This document shows positions 9,896-18,803 of a DNA stretch of 64,000 nucleotides, one piece after another (within the stretch, counting starts at the first letter, position 1; every line of letters starts with the position of its first letter). The position numbers were made by a program, and so were the translations under genes. The DNA is from Candidatus Amesbacteria bacterium GW2011_GWC2_45_19 (lineage in GTDB: Bacteria; Patescibacteriota; Microgenomatia; CAZETR01; Amesbacteraceae), in NCBI GenBank assembly GCA_001001555.1, contig LCKS01000004.1, positions 36,130 through 100,129 of the forward strand. The letters are read 5' to 3'. The notes under the pieces are model-generated. The model was not told where the DNA came from, did not search any database, and was given only the letters and a program-made list of their open reading frames with translations.

Positions 9896-10135
9896 ATGAC
9901 TAACCTATCTATTTCCCAACTCAAAATGAATCCGCGCCAGGCAATATTGGCGGCTCTTGACTATCCAGTAGCTATTAAAAGCCGGAATCAGGTTCAAGGT
10001 TATTTGGTCGGAAAGGATCTCTATGAAAAAATCATTACTTATATTGAAGATTTTATAGACCAAAGAGCTATCAAACATACGGACTTTTCCAAAGGTAGAG
10101 ATTTTGAAACCGTCGCCAAAAAACTGGGAATATGA
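9896..10135 (+). CDS. Phd/YefM-family antitoxin
   Basis: 79 aa; overlaps downstream RelE-like gene by 4 nt (ATGA); YefM-like length and charge pattern. Confidence 0.65.
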   Translation: MTNLSISQLKMNPRQAILAALDYPVAIKSRNQVQGYLVGKDLYEKIITYIEDFIDQRAIKHTDFSKGRDFETVAKKLGI

Positions 10136-10398
10136 GGGTCGTTCTTTCTCCCCGGGCGGAAAAGCAGTTAAAAAAATTACCTAAGATTGCCCAAATTGCG
10201 GCGGCTAATAAAATTAGATCAATAAGAGATAACGATATTACCGTCAATGAAGAGAAATTGGGCGGTTATAAGAATATCTATCGGGTCAGAATCGGAGACT
10301 ACCGGATTGTCTACCGCAAAATGGTTGGGGAACTATATATTGTCTTAATCCATCACCGTAAAGACGTTTATCTCCTACTCCATCGACTATTTAATTAG
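10132..10398 (+). CDS. RelE/ParE-family toxin (mRNA interferase)
   Basis: 88 aa, GDYRIVYRKMVGELYIVLIHHRKDVY typical of the RelE/StbE C-terminus. Confidence 0.75.
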   Translation: MRVVLSPRAEKQLKKLPKIAQIAAANKIRSIRDNDITVNEEKLGGYKNIYRVRIGDYRIVYRKMVGELYIVLIHHRKDVYLLLHRLFN

Positions 10399-10413
10399 TC
10401 TGATCGCTAGAGC

Positions 10414-10689
10414 TTGAGGGACATGCTAAAAATTCCTAAACAAATATATTTCGATCAGGAAACACTTACCCTCTATTCGGAATACGCTCAGATGGAACAT
10501 AAACCATTCGCCCTTGTCATCCGAGAAGTCTTAGCTGAAAAAGCCCCAGCGATCAAAAAACGTGTTGCCAAAACCGTAACAAAAAGTTCTTCCCTGCTTG
10601 ATCTTTATGGTTCTGTCAAAAGCCCGTACAAAAAACGTTTCTCTTCAGAGGAAGAACGGGCTTCCTTCGAAATGAGGATACGCTCATAA
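10414..10689 (+). CDS. hypothetical protein (possible orphan antitoxin-like)
   Basis: 91-aa ORF following relE; no recognisable motif. Confidence 0.35.
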   Translation: MRDMLKIPKQIYFDQETLTLYSEYAQMEHKPFALVIREVLAEKAPAIKKRVAKTVTKSSSLLDLYGSVKSPYKKRFSSEEERASFEMRIRS

Positions 10690-10856
10690 ATATACACTCG
10701 TGCTAGCCCCGGTACTTTTTTTGGAGTTAACGTGGCTACTCAATTCATTTTATAAACAGAAAAAGGACTCAGTCATTTTGATACTCAAGAAAATGCTTAG
10801 TTTCTCAAATTTTGAAGTCATTGAAAAAGAACTTGTCACAAACATGGTATCTCTAT

Positions 10857-10969
10857 AGCGAGCGGGAATGGGATCTGAGCCAGGAGGAGATGGCTTTTAA
10901 TTCAGGCTGGGAATTGTCCACATAAACCATAAAATCGGCGGCTTCTTTAAATATAAATCCCACCTGTAA
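10857..10969 (-). pseudogene. remnant of doc 3' end (diverged duplicate)
   Basis: Minus-strand translation ...FIFKEAADFMVYVDNSQPELKAISSWLRSHSRSL* aligns to Doc residues REKEIVKFMVSVANQNLSVDEISSWLKSN. It starts immediately after the vapC stop. Confidence 0.55.
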
Positions 10970-11359
10970 TTACGGTTCGAGGCGTTTTACCCAATTAAAT
11001 TTACTTAACCCCTTATCATACGAATATATCTCTCTAACATTGTCATCTTTAATAAGAAATATATTCAAACAGTCGGTCCAGTCCACAGTATGAGACTCGT
11101 AAAATTCTATTGCTTTTACAAGTATCATCTTGTTATCAATTTCAATATTAGAAGATATAACTGTTTTCAAACATTTCACGACAACACGTTTATCCAACTC
11201 ATATGCTGACCTTAATACCCACTCAATCTCAGAAAAAACAAAGCTGGAAGTCTGTAAATTTTTCGCTTCTTTTAATAAAGCTTTGCACCTGTCTGATTTG
11301 TTGCCAAACCTCACAAACACTTCAATAAAAATATTAGTATCTACGAATTTATTTACCAT
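10970..11359 (-). CDS. vapC: PIN-domain toxin VapC
   Basis: Starts at internal Met MVNKFVDTNIFIE (the ORF-track N-extension overlaps vapB); acidic PIN residues D..E..D; SYDKG motif. Confidence 0.75.
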   Translation of the reverse strand: MVNKFVDTNIFIEVFVRFGNKSDRCKALLKEAKNLQTSSFVFSEIEWVLRSAYELDKRVVVKCLKTVISSNIEIDNKMILVKAIEFYESHTVDWTDCLNIFLIKDDNVREIYSYDKGLSKFNWVKRLEP

Positions 11360-11615
11360 ATTTCTTGGCGAGTCTTTGGGCTTCTTTTTTCCTAGCGATT
11401 TCAATGATTTGTAATGTTGAATATTTTTTAGAAATAGGATGATTTGCCAAAAGACCCTGCAGACTATCCCAATCATCCTCTGCCTTTTCCAAAAAAATGG
11501 TATTATCTTTAACTTTCGTCCATAATTTACTTCCTTTATTCAGTCCCAATAGGGAGACAATAGATACCGGCAAAGTAAGCTGATTTTTTGAAGTTAACGT
11601 CAATAATGTATTCAT
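11349..11615 (-). CDS. vapB: AbrB/MazE/SpoVT-type antitoxin VapB
   Basis: 88 aa; swapped-hairpin-like N-terminus SKNQLTLPVSIVSLLGL; 11-nt overlap with vapC. Confidence 0.65.
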   Translation of the reverse strand: MNTLLTLTSKNQLTLPVSIVSLLGLNKGSKLWTKVKDNTIFLEKAEDDWDSLQGLLANHPISKKYSTLQIIEIARKKEAQRLAKKYGK

Positions 11616-11618
11616 CCC

Positions 11619-12059
11619 TTACTTTATAACATCTTCCTTACTCTTTGTCAACATCCTTACTTTTATCCTAGAGACCACCAGCATGTATCCGTTGGATTTG
11701 AGCCAGGAGGAGATTTCGTCAACGGAGAGATTTTGATTGGCTACAGAAACCATAAATTTCACTATCTCTTTCTCTCTAGCTGTGATTTTAACTCCGTTTA
11801 GGGATAGAAAGTTGTAAGTAGTAATAAAAGCGGTGCGTTTATTACCATCTATGAAGGGATGATTTTTAACGATAGACTGGATGAGGGCTCCGGCTTTGAG
11901 AAAAATGTCGGGGTATAAGTCCTGGCCATCGAAAGTGGCGAAAGGGCGGAAAATAGCTGACTGAAGCATACTGGTATCCCGAATACCAGAGGATCCGCCG
12001 TATTTTTGGATTGCCCGCTCGTGAACTGCCAAAACCTGTTTAAGAGTAAAACTTATCAC
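11619..12059 (-). CDS. doc: Doc (death-on-curing) Fic-family toxin
   Basis: Fic motif HPFIDGNKRTA; 146 aa. Confidence 0.8.
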   Translation of the reverse strand: MISFTLKQVLAVHERAIQKYGGSSGIRDTSMLQSAIFRPFATFDGQDLYPDIFLKAGALIQSIVKNHPFIDGNKRTAFITTYNFLSLNGVKITAREKEIVKFMVSVANQNLSVDEISSWLKSNGYMLVVSRIKVRMLTKSKEDVIK

Positions 12060-12307
12060 TGAAGTTGGGCTAGTTCTTTGAGAGCGTGACCATAGCGTTT
12101 TTCCACCTCTTTAATTAAATCAAACCACTCTTTATCCGGGGCGGTCGCATATTGGGTGGATCTGGGAATATGGGTAGAATAAGTGATAGATCCGTCTGTG
12201 TGGGCAACGGAAATTTTGGAATTTTTGGTGACTTTGTTTTTGGTGACAAAATCTCTTGGAAGAGTGACACCCAAAGAATTTCCAATTTGGACGACGGATT
12301 GGATCAT
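12056..12307 (-). CDS. AbrB/Phd-type antitoxin partner of Doc
   Basis: QIGNSLGVTLPRDFV swapped-hairpin motif; 4-nt overlap with doc. Confidence 0.65.
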   Translation of the reverse strand: MIQSVVQIGNSLGVTLPRDFVTKNKVTKNSKISVAHTDGSITYSTHIPRSTQYATAPDKEWFDLIKEVEKRYGHALKELAQLQ

Positions 12308-12315
12308 GGGCTTAT

Positions 12316-12343
12316 GTTATAACATGTTATAACGGTTTGTCAA
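12316..12343 (-). promoter_or_regulatory. promoter (-35 TTGACA, -10 TATAAC) overlapping two tandem copies of the palindrome GTTATAAC (putative antitoxin operator)
   Basis: Plus-strand atgttataacatgttataacggtttgtcaa immediately upstream of the antitoxin ATG at 12307; leaderless arrangement. Confidence 0.45.
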
Positions 12344-12363
12344 GAGGGCTTGAGGGGCGTGCC

Positions 12364-12576
12364 CTACTTCGCTTGTGGGCTACGTAAGGGTGAACCGCCG
12401 CGGTGGAAGAAGCGGCGCAGGTGGGTGGAAAGTTCCGGGGGAGATTTACCTTTGAATTGCTTGATAGCGATGCGGATGTCGCGCAGAAGAAGAACTGTTT
12501 CGATGGTTACAAAGACCAGGAGAATGGTCAGGGTGACGATGACTATAACGAGTAAGAATTGAGCCAAATTAGTCAT
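12364..12576 (-). CDS. small single-TM membrane protein (LapA/DUF1049-like?)
   Basis: 70 aa; TM LLVIVIVTLTILLVFVTI followed by a basic tail; abuts rodZ-like gene. Confidence 0.3.
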   Translation of the reverse strand: MTNLAQFLLVIVIVTLTILLVFVTIETVLLLRDIRIAIKQFKGKSPPELSTHLRRFFHRGGSPLRSPQAK

Positions 12577-13205
12577 TTTTTAACAACGGTACGCATCAGA
12601 CTGGCAGTCTTGCCGGACTTGGAAGTAGCCATAATAGAAATAATATTGTCTCCTGGTGTGAGAGGCAGGCGGAGAAAGAAACGGCCGCCTTTTTCCAGAG
12701 CCACCAGCTGGCCGTTAACTGAAACGGTGGCTTCCGGGCTAGTGATACCCACAACTTCAACGGTGGCCTCGGTGGTTTCTTGCCTATCAATTGGCATAAC
12801 TAGGCGCAGAGAAGGCGGGCCGGTGAGCACCCGGTATTGGAAAATGAGATAAGCCCCAAAGAGAGTAAAAATTAGGGCGATGGCGGCAATGATAGTGGTG
12901 CGCGGGGTCCAAAAACTGACTTCACTCACCGGTTTGACCATCCCCCGGGGGATAATTTGCCCTTGCTCGTTTTCCCCAAAATCCCGGCGGAAAATGGCCA
13001 GGATACTTTCCGGCTTTAACTCTAAAAATTCACTGTAATTTCTGATAAATCCCCGGGCTACCGCCCCCGAAGGCAATTGGGTGTAATCGTCGGCTTCGAC
13101 GGCATCTAAAAAGCGGGCCCGGATGCGGGTGATACGGGAAACATCCTTGAGATCCAGCTTTTGAGCGTTACGGGCTGTCTGCAGAATTTGGCCGACTGTT
13201 TTCAT
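12573..13205 (-). CDS. rodZ: RodZ-like HTH (Cro/C1-type) membrane protein
   Basis: N-terminal HTH ILQTARNAQKLDLKDVSRITRIRARFLDAVE, TM, C-terminal DUF4115-like domain. Confidence 0.6.
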   Translation of the reverse strand: MKTVGQILQTARNAQKLDLKDVSRITRIRARFLDAVEADDYTQLPSGAVARGFIRNYSEFLELKPESILAIFRRDFGENEQGQIIPRGMVKPVSEVSFWTPRTTIIAAIALIFTLFGAYLIFQYRVLTGPPSLRLVMPIDRQETTEATVEVVGITSPEATVSVNGQLVALEKGGRFFLRLPLTPGDNIISIMATSKSGKTASLMRTVVKK

Positions 13206-15288
13206 TTCCTAATTGATCCAGGCTTTTAATAAGAATATCCCGGGGTTTGGCTCCGGCGGCCGGGCCGATGATGCCGGCCTGCTGCAGCTCATCCAAAATC
13301 CGGGCGGCCCGGGCATAACCGATGCTTAACTTGCGCTGCAAAAACGAAGCGGAGGCGTTGTTAGCCGAAAGAATCAGGCGGACAGCGTCTTCAAATAATG
13401 GATCCCGGTCCTCGCCGTTGGGGGAAATGAAACTCCGGCCTTTTTGGCCCACAGACATAGAGGTGACTTCCTCGGTATAGTGGGGGGCCACTCCCTGTTT
13501 TTTCAAAAACTCGATCAACTGGTGAATTTCCCGGTCGGAAACAAAGGCGCCCTGAATACGGGTAGGTTTGGCCTGGTCCGGGGGAATGTAGAGCATATCT
13601 CCGCGTCCCAAAAGTTTTTCGGCGCCGGGCTGGTCGATGATGACTTTGGAATCGATCATGGAGGAAACGGCAAAGGCAATCCGGGTGGGAATATTGGCTT
13701 TGATCAGGCCGGTGATAATATCCACGGAGGGACGTTGGGTGGCCAAAACTAAGTGCAGGCCGGTGGCCCGGGCCATTTGGGCAATGCGGGTAATGGCATC
13801 CTCCACTTCCACCTGGGCATAGAGCATGATATCTGCCAATTCGTCGATAACAATAATGATATACGGCAAAGCCTGGAAACCGGACAATTCGTTGTAGGCG
13901 TCGATGTTTCTGGCGCCGACTTCGGCAAAAAGTTTGTAGCGGCGGTCCATTTCGCCGGTGGCCCATTTGAGGGCCGAAAGGACCTTGGCCGGTTCGACGA
14001 TAACCGGACAGAGCAAGTGAGGAATACCATTATAGTTAGTCAGTTCCACCCGTTTGGGGTCGACCATAATCAGATTAACCTCGCTGGGCGAGGTGCGGAA
14101 AAGCAGGGAGCCGATAAAAGCATTGATGCACACGGATTTGCCGGAACCGGTGGCGCCGGCGATTAAAACGTGGGGCATTTTGGCAATATCCGCTACAATA
14201 GGATTACCGGAGACGTCCAGGCCTAGAGCCACGGCCAGCTTGCTTTTGTGATGCTTCATGGGATCCGACTCCAGCATTTTGCGCAAAGACACAAATTCAG
14301 GAGAGCGGTTGGGAAGTTCTATGCCGACCAGGGACCGGCCGGGGATAGGAGCTTCAATACGGATTTGGCCGGTGGGAGCGGCCAGGGCCAAGGCTAAATC
14401 ATTAGACAGGGCGGAAATTTTGGAAAGCTTGGTGCCGATAGCTACCTCTAAAGCGTATTGGGTGACGGCCGGGCCATAATTAATTTCGGAAACTTTGGCG
14501 GTAATGCCAAAAGCGTCCAGGGTTTTTTCAATAGTACCGGCGTTGGTTTTGGTATCTCCCCGGTCGGCTTTGCCGGAGATATTTTCAGACAGCAGAGACA
14601 GGGGGGGGAAATGCCACGGCGTTTCGGAAGCGGAAGGCGGCAGGGGGGGGCGGAAATGCGACAGCTGCGCTGGAGAAGCTGGGGACGGCGGGGTAAATGG
14701 GGGAGGAGTTGCCATGCCGGAAAATTTAATGACTCTTTGAGTGGGGGCTTGGGAAACTTTTTTGAATTTGGATAAGAAATTTCTTACCCGAGAAAAAGTT
14801 TTGCCAAAAAAGGCTAAGACGTCCTCAAAAGGAATGTTGAACATAATAATCACACCAATAGATAAGCCAGCCAGTAAAAATAAGCCGGCACCCGGCGGTG
14901 ATAAAAATGAGCTGCTGCCCTGCCAGAGCTGATTACCCAATTGGCCGCCGCGGGATAGCCCGGCCAGAGCGGCCAAAACCACAAAGCTGCCAATAAAAAC
15001 ATGGGGCTCGGCCAGGCTGGATCTGATTTTGGTCAGCATCAGGCCACCCACAATAAAGGGAAAGGGCAGGAAGAAAGTGGTGAGGACGCCGAATTGAGTA
15101 GTGAGTAGTGAGTAGAGAGTGGAGAGGAGAGGTCCTTGTTTGGTAAAAGACAGCCAGATGAGGCCGGCGATAGCAAATAAGAGGATGGCGGTGATGGAGT
15201 AAATGACAGACTTTTTTAATTTGACTTTGAATGAAGTCTTGCGGCCAAAGAATGCGCGGGTTCTGGGCATGAACTTATTATACCTCAA
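13168..15288 (-). CDS. ftsK: DNA translocase FtsK/SpoIIIE
   Basis: N-terminal TMs, Pro-rich linker, Walker A GATGSGKSV, C-terminal gamma winged-helix domain. Confidence 0.85.
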   Translation of the reverse strand: MRYNKFMPRTRAFFGRKTSFKVKLKKSVIYSITAILLFAIAGLIWLSFTKQGPLLSTLYSLLTTQFGVLTTFFLPFPFIVGGLMLTKIRSSLAEPHVFIGSFVVLAALAGLSRGGQLGNQLWQGSSSFLSPPGAGLFLLAGLSIGVIIMFNIPFEDVLAFFGKTFSRVRNFLSKFKKVSQAPTQRVIKFSGMATPPPFTPPSPASPAQLSHFRPPLPPSASETPWHFPPLSLLSENISGKADRGDTKTNAGTIEKTLDAFGITAKVSEINYGPAVTQYALEVAIGTKLSKISALSNDLALALAAPTGQIRIEAPIPGRSLVGIELPNRSPEFVSLRKMLESDPMKHHKSKLAVALGLDVSGNPIVADIAKMPHVLIAGATGSGKSVCINAFIGSLLFRTSPSEVNLIMVDPKRVELTNYNGIPHLLCPVIVEPAKVLSALKWATGEMDRRYKLFAEVGARNIDAYNELSGFQALPYIIIVIDELADIMLYAQVEVEDAITRIAQMARATGLHLVLATQRPSVDIITGLIKANIPTRIAFAVSSMIDSKVIIDQPGAEKLLGRGDMLYIPPDQAKPTRIQGAFVSDREIHQLIEFLKKQGVAPHYTEEVTSMSVGQKGRSFISPNGEDRDPLFEDAVRLILSANNASASFLQRKLSIGYARAARILDELQQAGIIGPAAGAKPRDILIKSLDQLGNENSRPNSADSP

Positions 15289-16933
15289 CTACCACCGGCA
15301 GGATCATGGGGCGGCGGCCGGTGCGGTCGAAGAAGAAACGCTCCAGGGTATCGGATATTAACTCCCGCAGGCGGCGCTCGGAATCGATGTGGCCCAGGCG
15401 GCGCAGGACAGTTTGTTTAACCAGAGCCCCGGCCTCGGCTAAAAGATTAGTGTTTTCTTTGTTGAAAACAAAACCCCGGCTGATAAGGTCCACGTTTTCA
15501 ATCCGGGACAGCTGGTTTTGCTTGGCTTGGATAACGGCCACTACTACGCCCTCTTCGGCCAGGACCCGGCGGTCCCGCAGAACCACATGGCCCACATCTC
15601 CGACTCCCAGGCCATCGACCATGATGTTTTTAACATCAACCACCGGGCCGGCTTTGACGAGGTCCGGAGTTACTTCGATAGTTTGGTTGTATTCGGGAAG
15701 GAGAATTTGGGCTTCCTGATAACCCATAGATTGGGCCAGGCGGGAATATTGAACCATATGCCGGTAGGTGCCGCCGATGGGAACCAGATATTTAGGCCGG
15801 GTCAGGGCTATCATTAGCAGTAAATCTTGTTGGCTGCCGTGGCCGGAGACGTGCAGATTATCGGTGATATTGGAATAAACGACGGTGGCCCCGAGTTTAG
15901 AGAGAGAATCAATCAAAGATTGAGTGGCCGACTCGGTGCCGGGAATATAGTCCGAGGAAAAAACAATTTTGTCTCCGGGCTTGATAACGGCGTCTTGATG
16001 TTCGCCCGCAGCCAGCCGTTCCATGGCCGAGCCAGTCTGGCCCTGGGAACCGGCTACTAATAAACATAAATTTTGCGCGGGCAACTTGCGGGCTTGTTTA
16101 GGGTCGACAAATACCCCTTTGGGGACTTTGAGATAGCCTAGGTTTTGAGCTACGTTTAGGTTGCGGCCAATGGACCGGCCCAGAATGGCCACCCGCCGGC
16201 CGTGACGGATGGCGGCATCGATAGCCTGGCGGAAACGGCTAATATTGCTGCCCATGGTGGTGACGATGAATTTGCCGGGGCAATGGTTAATTTCCCGCTC
16301 AAACATTTCTTCCAGGGTTTTTTCGGAAGGAGTGTGGCCTTTGCGCTCGCTGCCCAAACAATCGGAAAGCAGGAGATGGATGCCGGAGTTGCCGGCGGCG
16401 GCGATGCGGCCGATATCGGGAAGGACGCCGTCAACAGGAGAAAAATCAAATTTAAAATCGCTGCCGTGGTAAACGGTACCGGCGGGAGTTTTAATAATTA
16501 AATTGGTGGCATCCGGAATGGAATGAGAAATGCGGGCAGATTCGACGGTAAATTTTCCCAAGGTTAGGGACTGGCCAGGAACTAAAATATTTACTTGCTT
16601 GGGAATCCCTTCGTATTCGGCCAGCTTTTCCATAACCAGGTGGGCGGTGAGTTTGCTGGCATAAACCGGTACGCCTTTGAGCTGGGGCAGGATGTAGGGC
16701 AGGGCGCCGGTGTGATCTTCGTGGCCGTGGGTGAGAACTAAAGCCCTGACCCGGTTAAGTTTGTTTTTAAGATATGAAATATCGGGAATTAATAGATCCA
16801 CTCCCAGCATGTCTTCGGTGGGAAAACCGATGCCGCAGTCAACCAACAAAATATCGTCGCCATATTCGTAAACGAACATGTTGGACGTTACCTTACCAAA
16901 ACCCCCCAATGAAATGATTTTCAAATTTTCCAT
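15278..16933 (-). CDS. rnj: ribonuclease J
   Basis: metallo-beta-lactamase HGHEDH, beta-CASP and C-terminal domain; 551 aa. Confidence 0.85.
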   Translation of the reverse strand: MENLKIISLGGFGKVTSNMFVYEYGDDILLVDCGIGFPTEDMLGVDLLIPDISYLKNKLNRVRALVLTHGHEDHTGALPYILPQLKGVPVYASKLTAHLVMEKLAEYEGIPKQVNILVPGQSLTLGKFTVESARISHSIPDATNLIIKTPAGTVYHGSDFKFDFSPVDGVLPDIGRIAAAGNSGIHLLLSDCLGSERKGHTPSEKTLEEMFEREINHCPGKFIVTTMGSNISRFRQAIDAAIRHGRRVAILGRSIGRNLNVAQNLGYLKVPKGVFVDPKQARKLPAQNLCLLVAGSQGQTGSAMERLAAGEHQDAVIKPGDKIVFSSDYIPGTESATQSLIDSLSKLGATVVYSNITDNLHVSGHGSQQDLLLMIALTRPKYLVPIGGTYRHMVQYSRLAQSMGYQEAQILLPEYNQTIEVTPDLVKAGPVVDVKNIMVDGLGVGDVGHVVLRDRRVLAEEGVVVAVIQAKQNQLSRIENVDLISRGFVFNKENTNLLAEAGALVKQTVLRRLGHIDSERRLRELISDTLERFFFDRTGRRPMILPVVVEV

Positions 16934-16934
16934 G

Positions 16935-17564
16935 TCAAAATAAACTGGCTTGACTGGGAGTATTATCCTCTATTTTGGCTTGGGGCGCCAGCAGATTTTT
17001 TAATTTAACAAAGTCGGCTTTAAAAGCGTTCATCATGGTGGTACCACGCAGGGCGGCGGCCGGGTGATACATAGGAAATATGATTAGTTGATAGTTCATG
17101 GTTGATGGTTGATAGTAGCGGGCAACGCCGTGGATTTGGGAAATGGTGACGCCGGGGATGAATTTGGTCATACTGAAACGGCCCAATGTAACAATAATCT
17201 TGGGAGAAATAATTTTTATCTGCCGGTCCAGCCAATCGGCGCAGGCGGCAATTTCGTTATCAAACGGGTCGCGGTTGTCCGGAGGCCGGAATTTAACAAT
17301 ATTGGTAATATACACATCCCCGCGCTTTAGGCCTAAAACTTCCAGTAGAGTTTTCTCCAACAACATCCCGGCTTGACCGACAAAAGGGCGGCCCTGCATA
17401 TCCTCGTTATACCCCGGCGATTCGCCGATAAACATAATGGCCGCGTCAGGATCACCCTCTCCGGGTACAGCGTGCGTAGCATTTTTAGCAATATCCAAGC
17501 CCTTAAAGGCTTTTATTTCCCGGGCAATTTTCTCCAGCTCTTGCTTTTTTTGATCCGTAGTCAT
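16935..17564 (-). CDS. uracil-DNA glycosylase family 4
   Basis: GEGDPDAAIMFIGESPG and GRPFVGQAG motifs. Confidence 0.8.
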   Translation of the reverse strand: MTTDQKKQELEKIAREIKAFKGLDIAKNATHAVPGEGDPDAAIMFIGESPGYNEDMQGRPFVGQAGMLLEKTLLEVLGLKRGDVYITNIVKFRPPDNRDPFDNEIAACADWLDRQIKIISPKIIVTLGRFSMTKFIPGVTISQIHGVARYYQPSTMNYQLIIFPMYHPAAALRGTTMMNAFKADFVKLKNLLAPQAKIEDNTPSQASLF

Positions 17565-17586
17565 CTCTCAATAACTCCCTCTCATT

Positions 17587-17610
17587 CTCCCTCTTAATCT
17601 AAGAGGGAGA
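17587..17610. repeat. palindromic hairpin TCTCCCTCTTA-atc-TAAGAGGGAGA overlapping the last codons and stop of the phosphoesterase gene (related to the CCCCCTCCTAA hairpin family)
   Basis: Perfect 10-bp stem; the minus strand reads ...SLLD* through it. Confidence 0.5.
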
Positions 17611-18100
17611 CGCTAGTATAACTGCTAGATAAGGTGTCATAAATTCCAAAAGATGCGGGAGCTAGTTTGCCGGAAATGATGCCGCAGATGGAGCCGGGGT
17701 TGGCAAGCAAAGTTTTGCCTACTTGCTCTTGATAGGCTTTGTGGGTGTGACCGTGGAAAACCGCGTCATAATCTCCCGTTCCGGCCAAAAGTTTGCCGAG
17801 TTTGGGATAATGACAGAAGGCGATTTTTTTACTTTCCAATTCTACTTCGGCAAATTCTTTGGTTAGAGGCCAAAGCTGGACAGCTTTTAATTTTTCGGAA
17901 ATGGCAAATTGATCCTCATCATTATTCCCAAAACAAGCATAAATTGGTAAGGCTGATTCGGCTAAAATTACAGCCGTAAATGGAGCGCAAAAGTCTCCGC
18001 AAAAAATTATGACCTCGCATTTTTGCTCTTTGATTATTTGAATCGCCTTCCGCAGGTTCCAAATATGATCGTGGGTATCTGATAAAACTGCTATTTTCAT
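17594..18100 (-). CDS. metallophosphoesterase (YfcE/MJ0936 family)
   Basis: MKIAVLSDTHD...GDF...GNND...GHTH motif set. Confidence 0.75.
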   Translation of the reverse strand: MKIAVLSDTHDHIWNLRKAIQIIKEQKCEVIIFCGDFCAPFTAVILAESALPIYACFGNNDEDQFAISEKLKAVQLWPLTKEFAEVELESKKIAFCHYPKLGKLLAGTGDYDAVFHGHTHKAYQEQVGKTLLANPGSICGIISGKLAPASFGIYDTLSSSYTSVSLLD

Positions 18101-18219
18101 TAGTAGGTGGGCAGGAATTGTTTGAGATTGTTTTTCATTTCCACACCCAATGGTCCGTAGTCATAAAAGTCCTGCAAGCCTTCGTTTTTGCACAGGCTGA
18201 CAATTTTTTCCATGAGGTC
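18100..18219 (-). pseudogene. remnant of lon-like gene 3' end. The last 28 nt are nearly identical to 19100..19127.
   Basis: Minus-strand [43 protein letters not shown] ends NLKQFLPTY*, identical to the C-terminus of ORF 19096..20076. Its TAA overlaps the ATG of the phosphoesterase gene. Confidence 0.5.
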
Positions 18220-18383
18220 CATGTGTTTAGTTTACAACAAAAAGCTCTTCTTTCCAATTCCGACTCGATTTGTCGTTTGGCGCGGCCGCGACTAACGGCA
18301 AAATTGACGGGTACTGACAAATAGTTTGTGGGGATAAAATACTTCAGTAGTTTTCTCCAACTCAATTTTCTTTTCATCGGTAG

Positions 18384-18803
18384 TCATCGTAAGGGGTTGA
18401 TTACTTTAATATCTTTCATAGGATAGTGCTTGATGTTCATGGTCAAAAGAGTCAGTTTGTGAATTTTGCAAGTTGCGGCGATTAAATAATCTATTAAGTT
18501 AATATTAACGTTTCGATACTTATTCCAATACTCTCCTGCCAGTTTTGCTATCGCGAAGTTTATGGGGACCTGGTTATGCCACTTGAAAAAGTGTCTGTTC
18601 GAGGCCTCTTCTTCGGGAAAAGAATTTTTGTAAATTTCGCCAACCGTTAAGATAGAGATAGCTACGAACTGATCATCCACTATTTTTGAAACTGCTTCAA
18701 TTGCCCTTTCATTCCCCCTGATTATCCAAATTGAGACATCTGAATCAAGTAAAAATCTATCTTTCCTTTTTGGGCTTGGCATAGGGAATATATGAATAAT
18801 CAC
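18384..18803 (-). CDS. PIN-domain toxin (VapC-like)
   Basis: FLLDSDVSIWIIRG N-terminus and DYLIAATCKIHKLTLLTMNIKHY C-terminus; AT-rich. Confidence 0.7.
   Translation of the reverse strand: MIIHIFPMPSPKRKDRFLLDSDVSIWIIRGNERAIEAVSKIVDDQFVAISILTVGEIYKNSFPEEEASNRHFFKWHNQVPINFAIAKLAGEYWNKYRNVNINLIDYLIAATCKIHKLTLLTMNIKHYPMKDIKVINPLR

Noticed and set aside
14603-14650. G8 tracts in ftsK as phase-variation switches
   Set aside because: They encode the Pro-rich linker of an essential gene in frame; no evidence of contingency-locus behaviour.
13391-14932. Multiple ORFs antisense or alternate-frame inside ftsK (e.g. 13753..14166 +)
   Set aside because: FtsK reading frame is continuous with strong motifs; these are frame artefacts.
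18135-18377. 80-aa basic ORF between the PIN gene and the lon remnant
   Set aside because: Lys/Arg/Cys-rich low-complexity product. A different frame in the same region carries the lon-terminus homology, so this is more likely decayed remnant DNA than a gene. Kept only as part of the remnant discussion.
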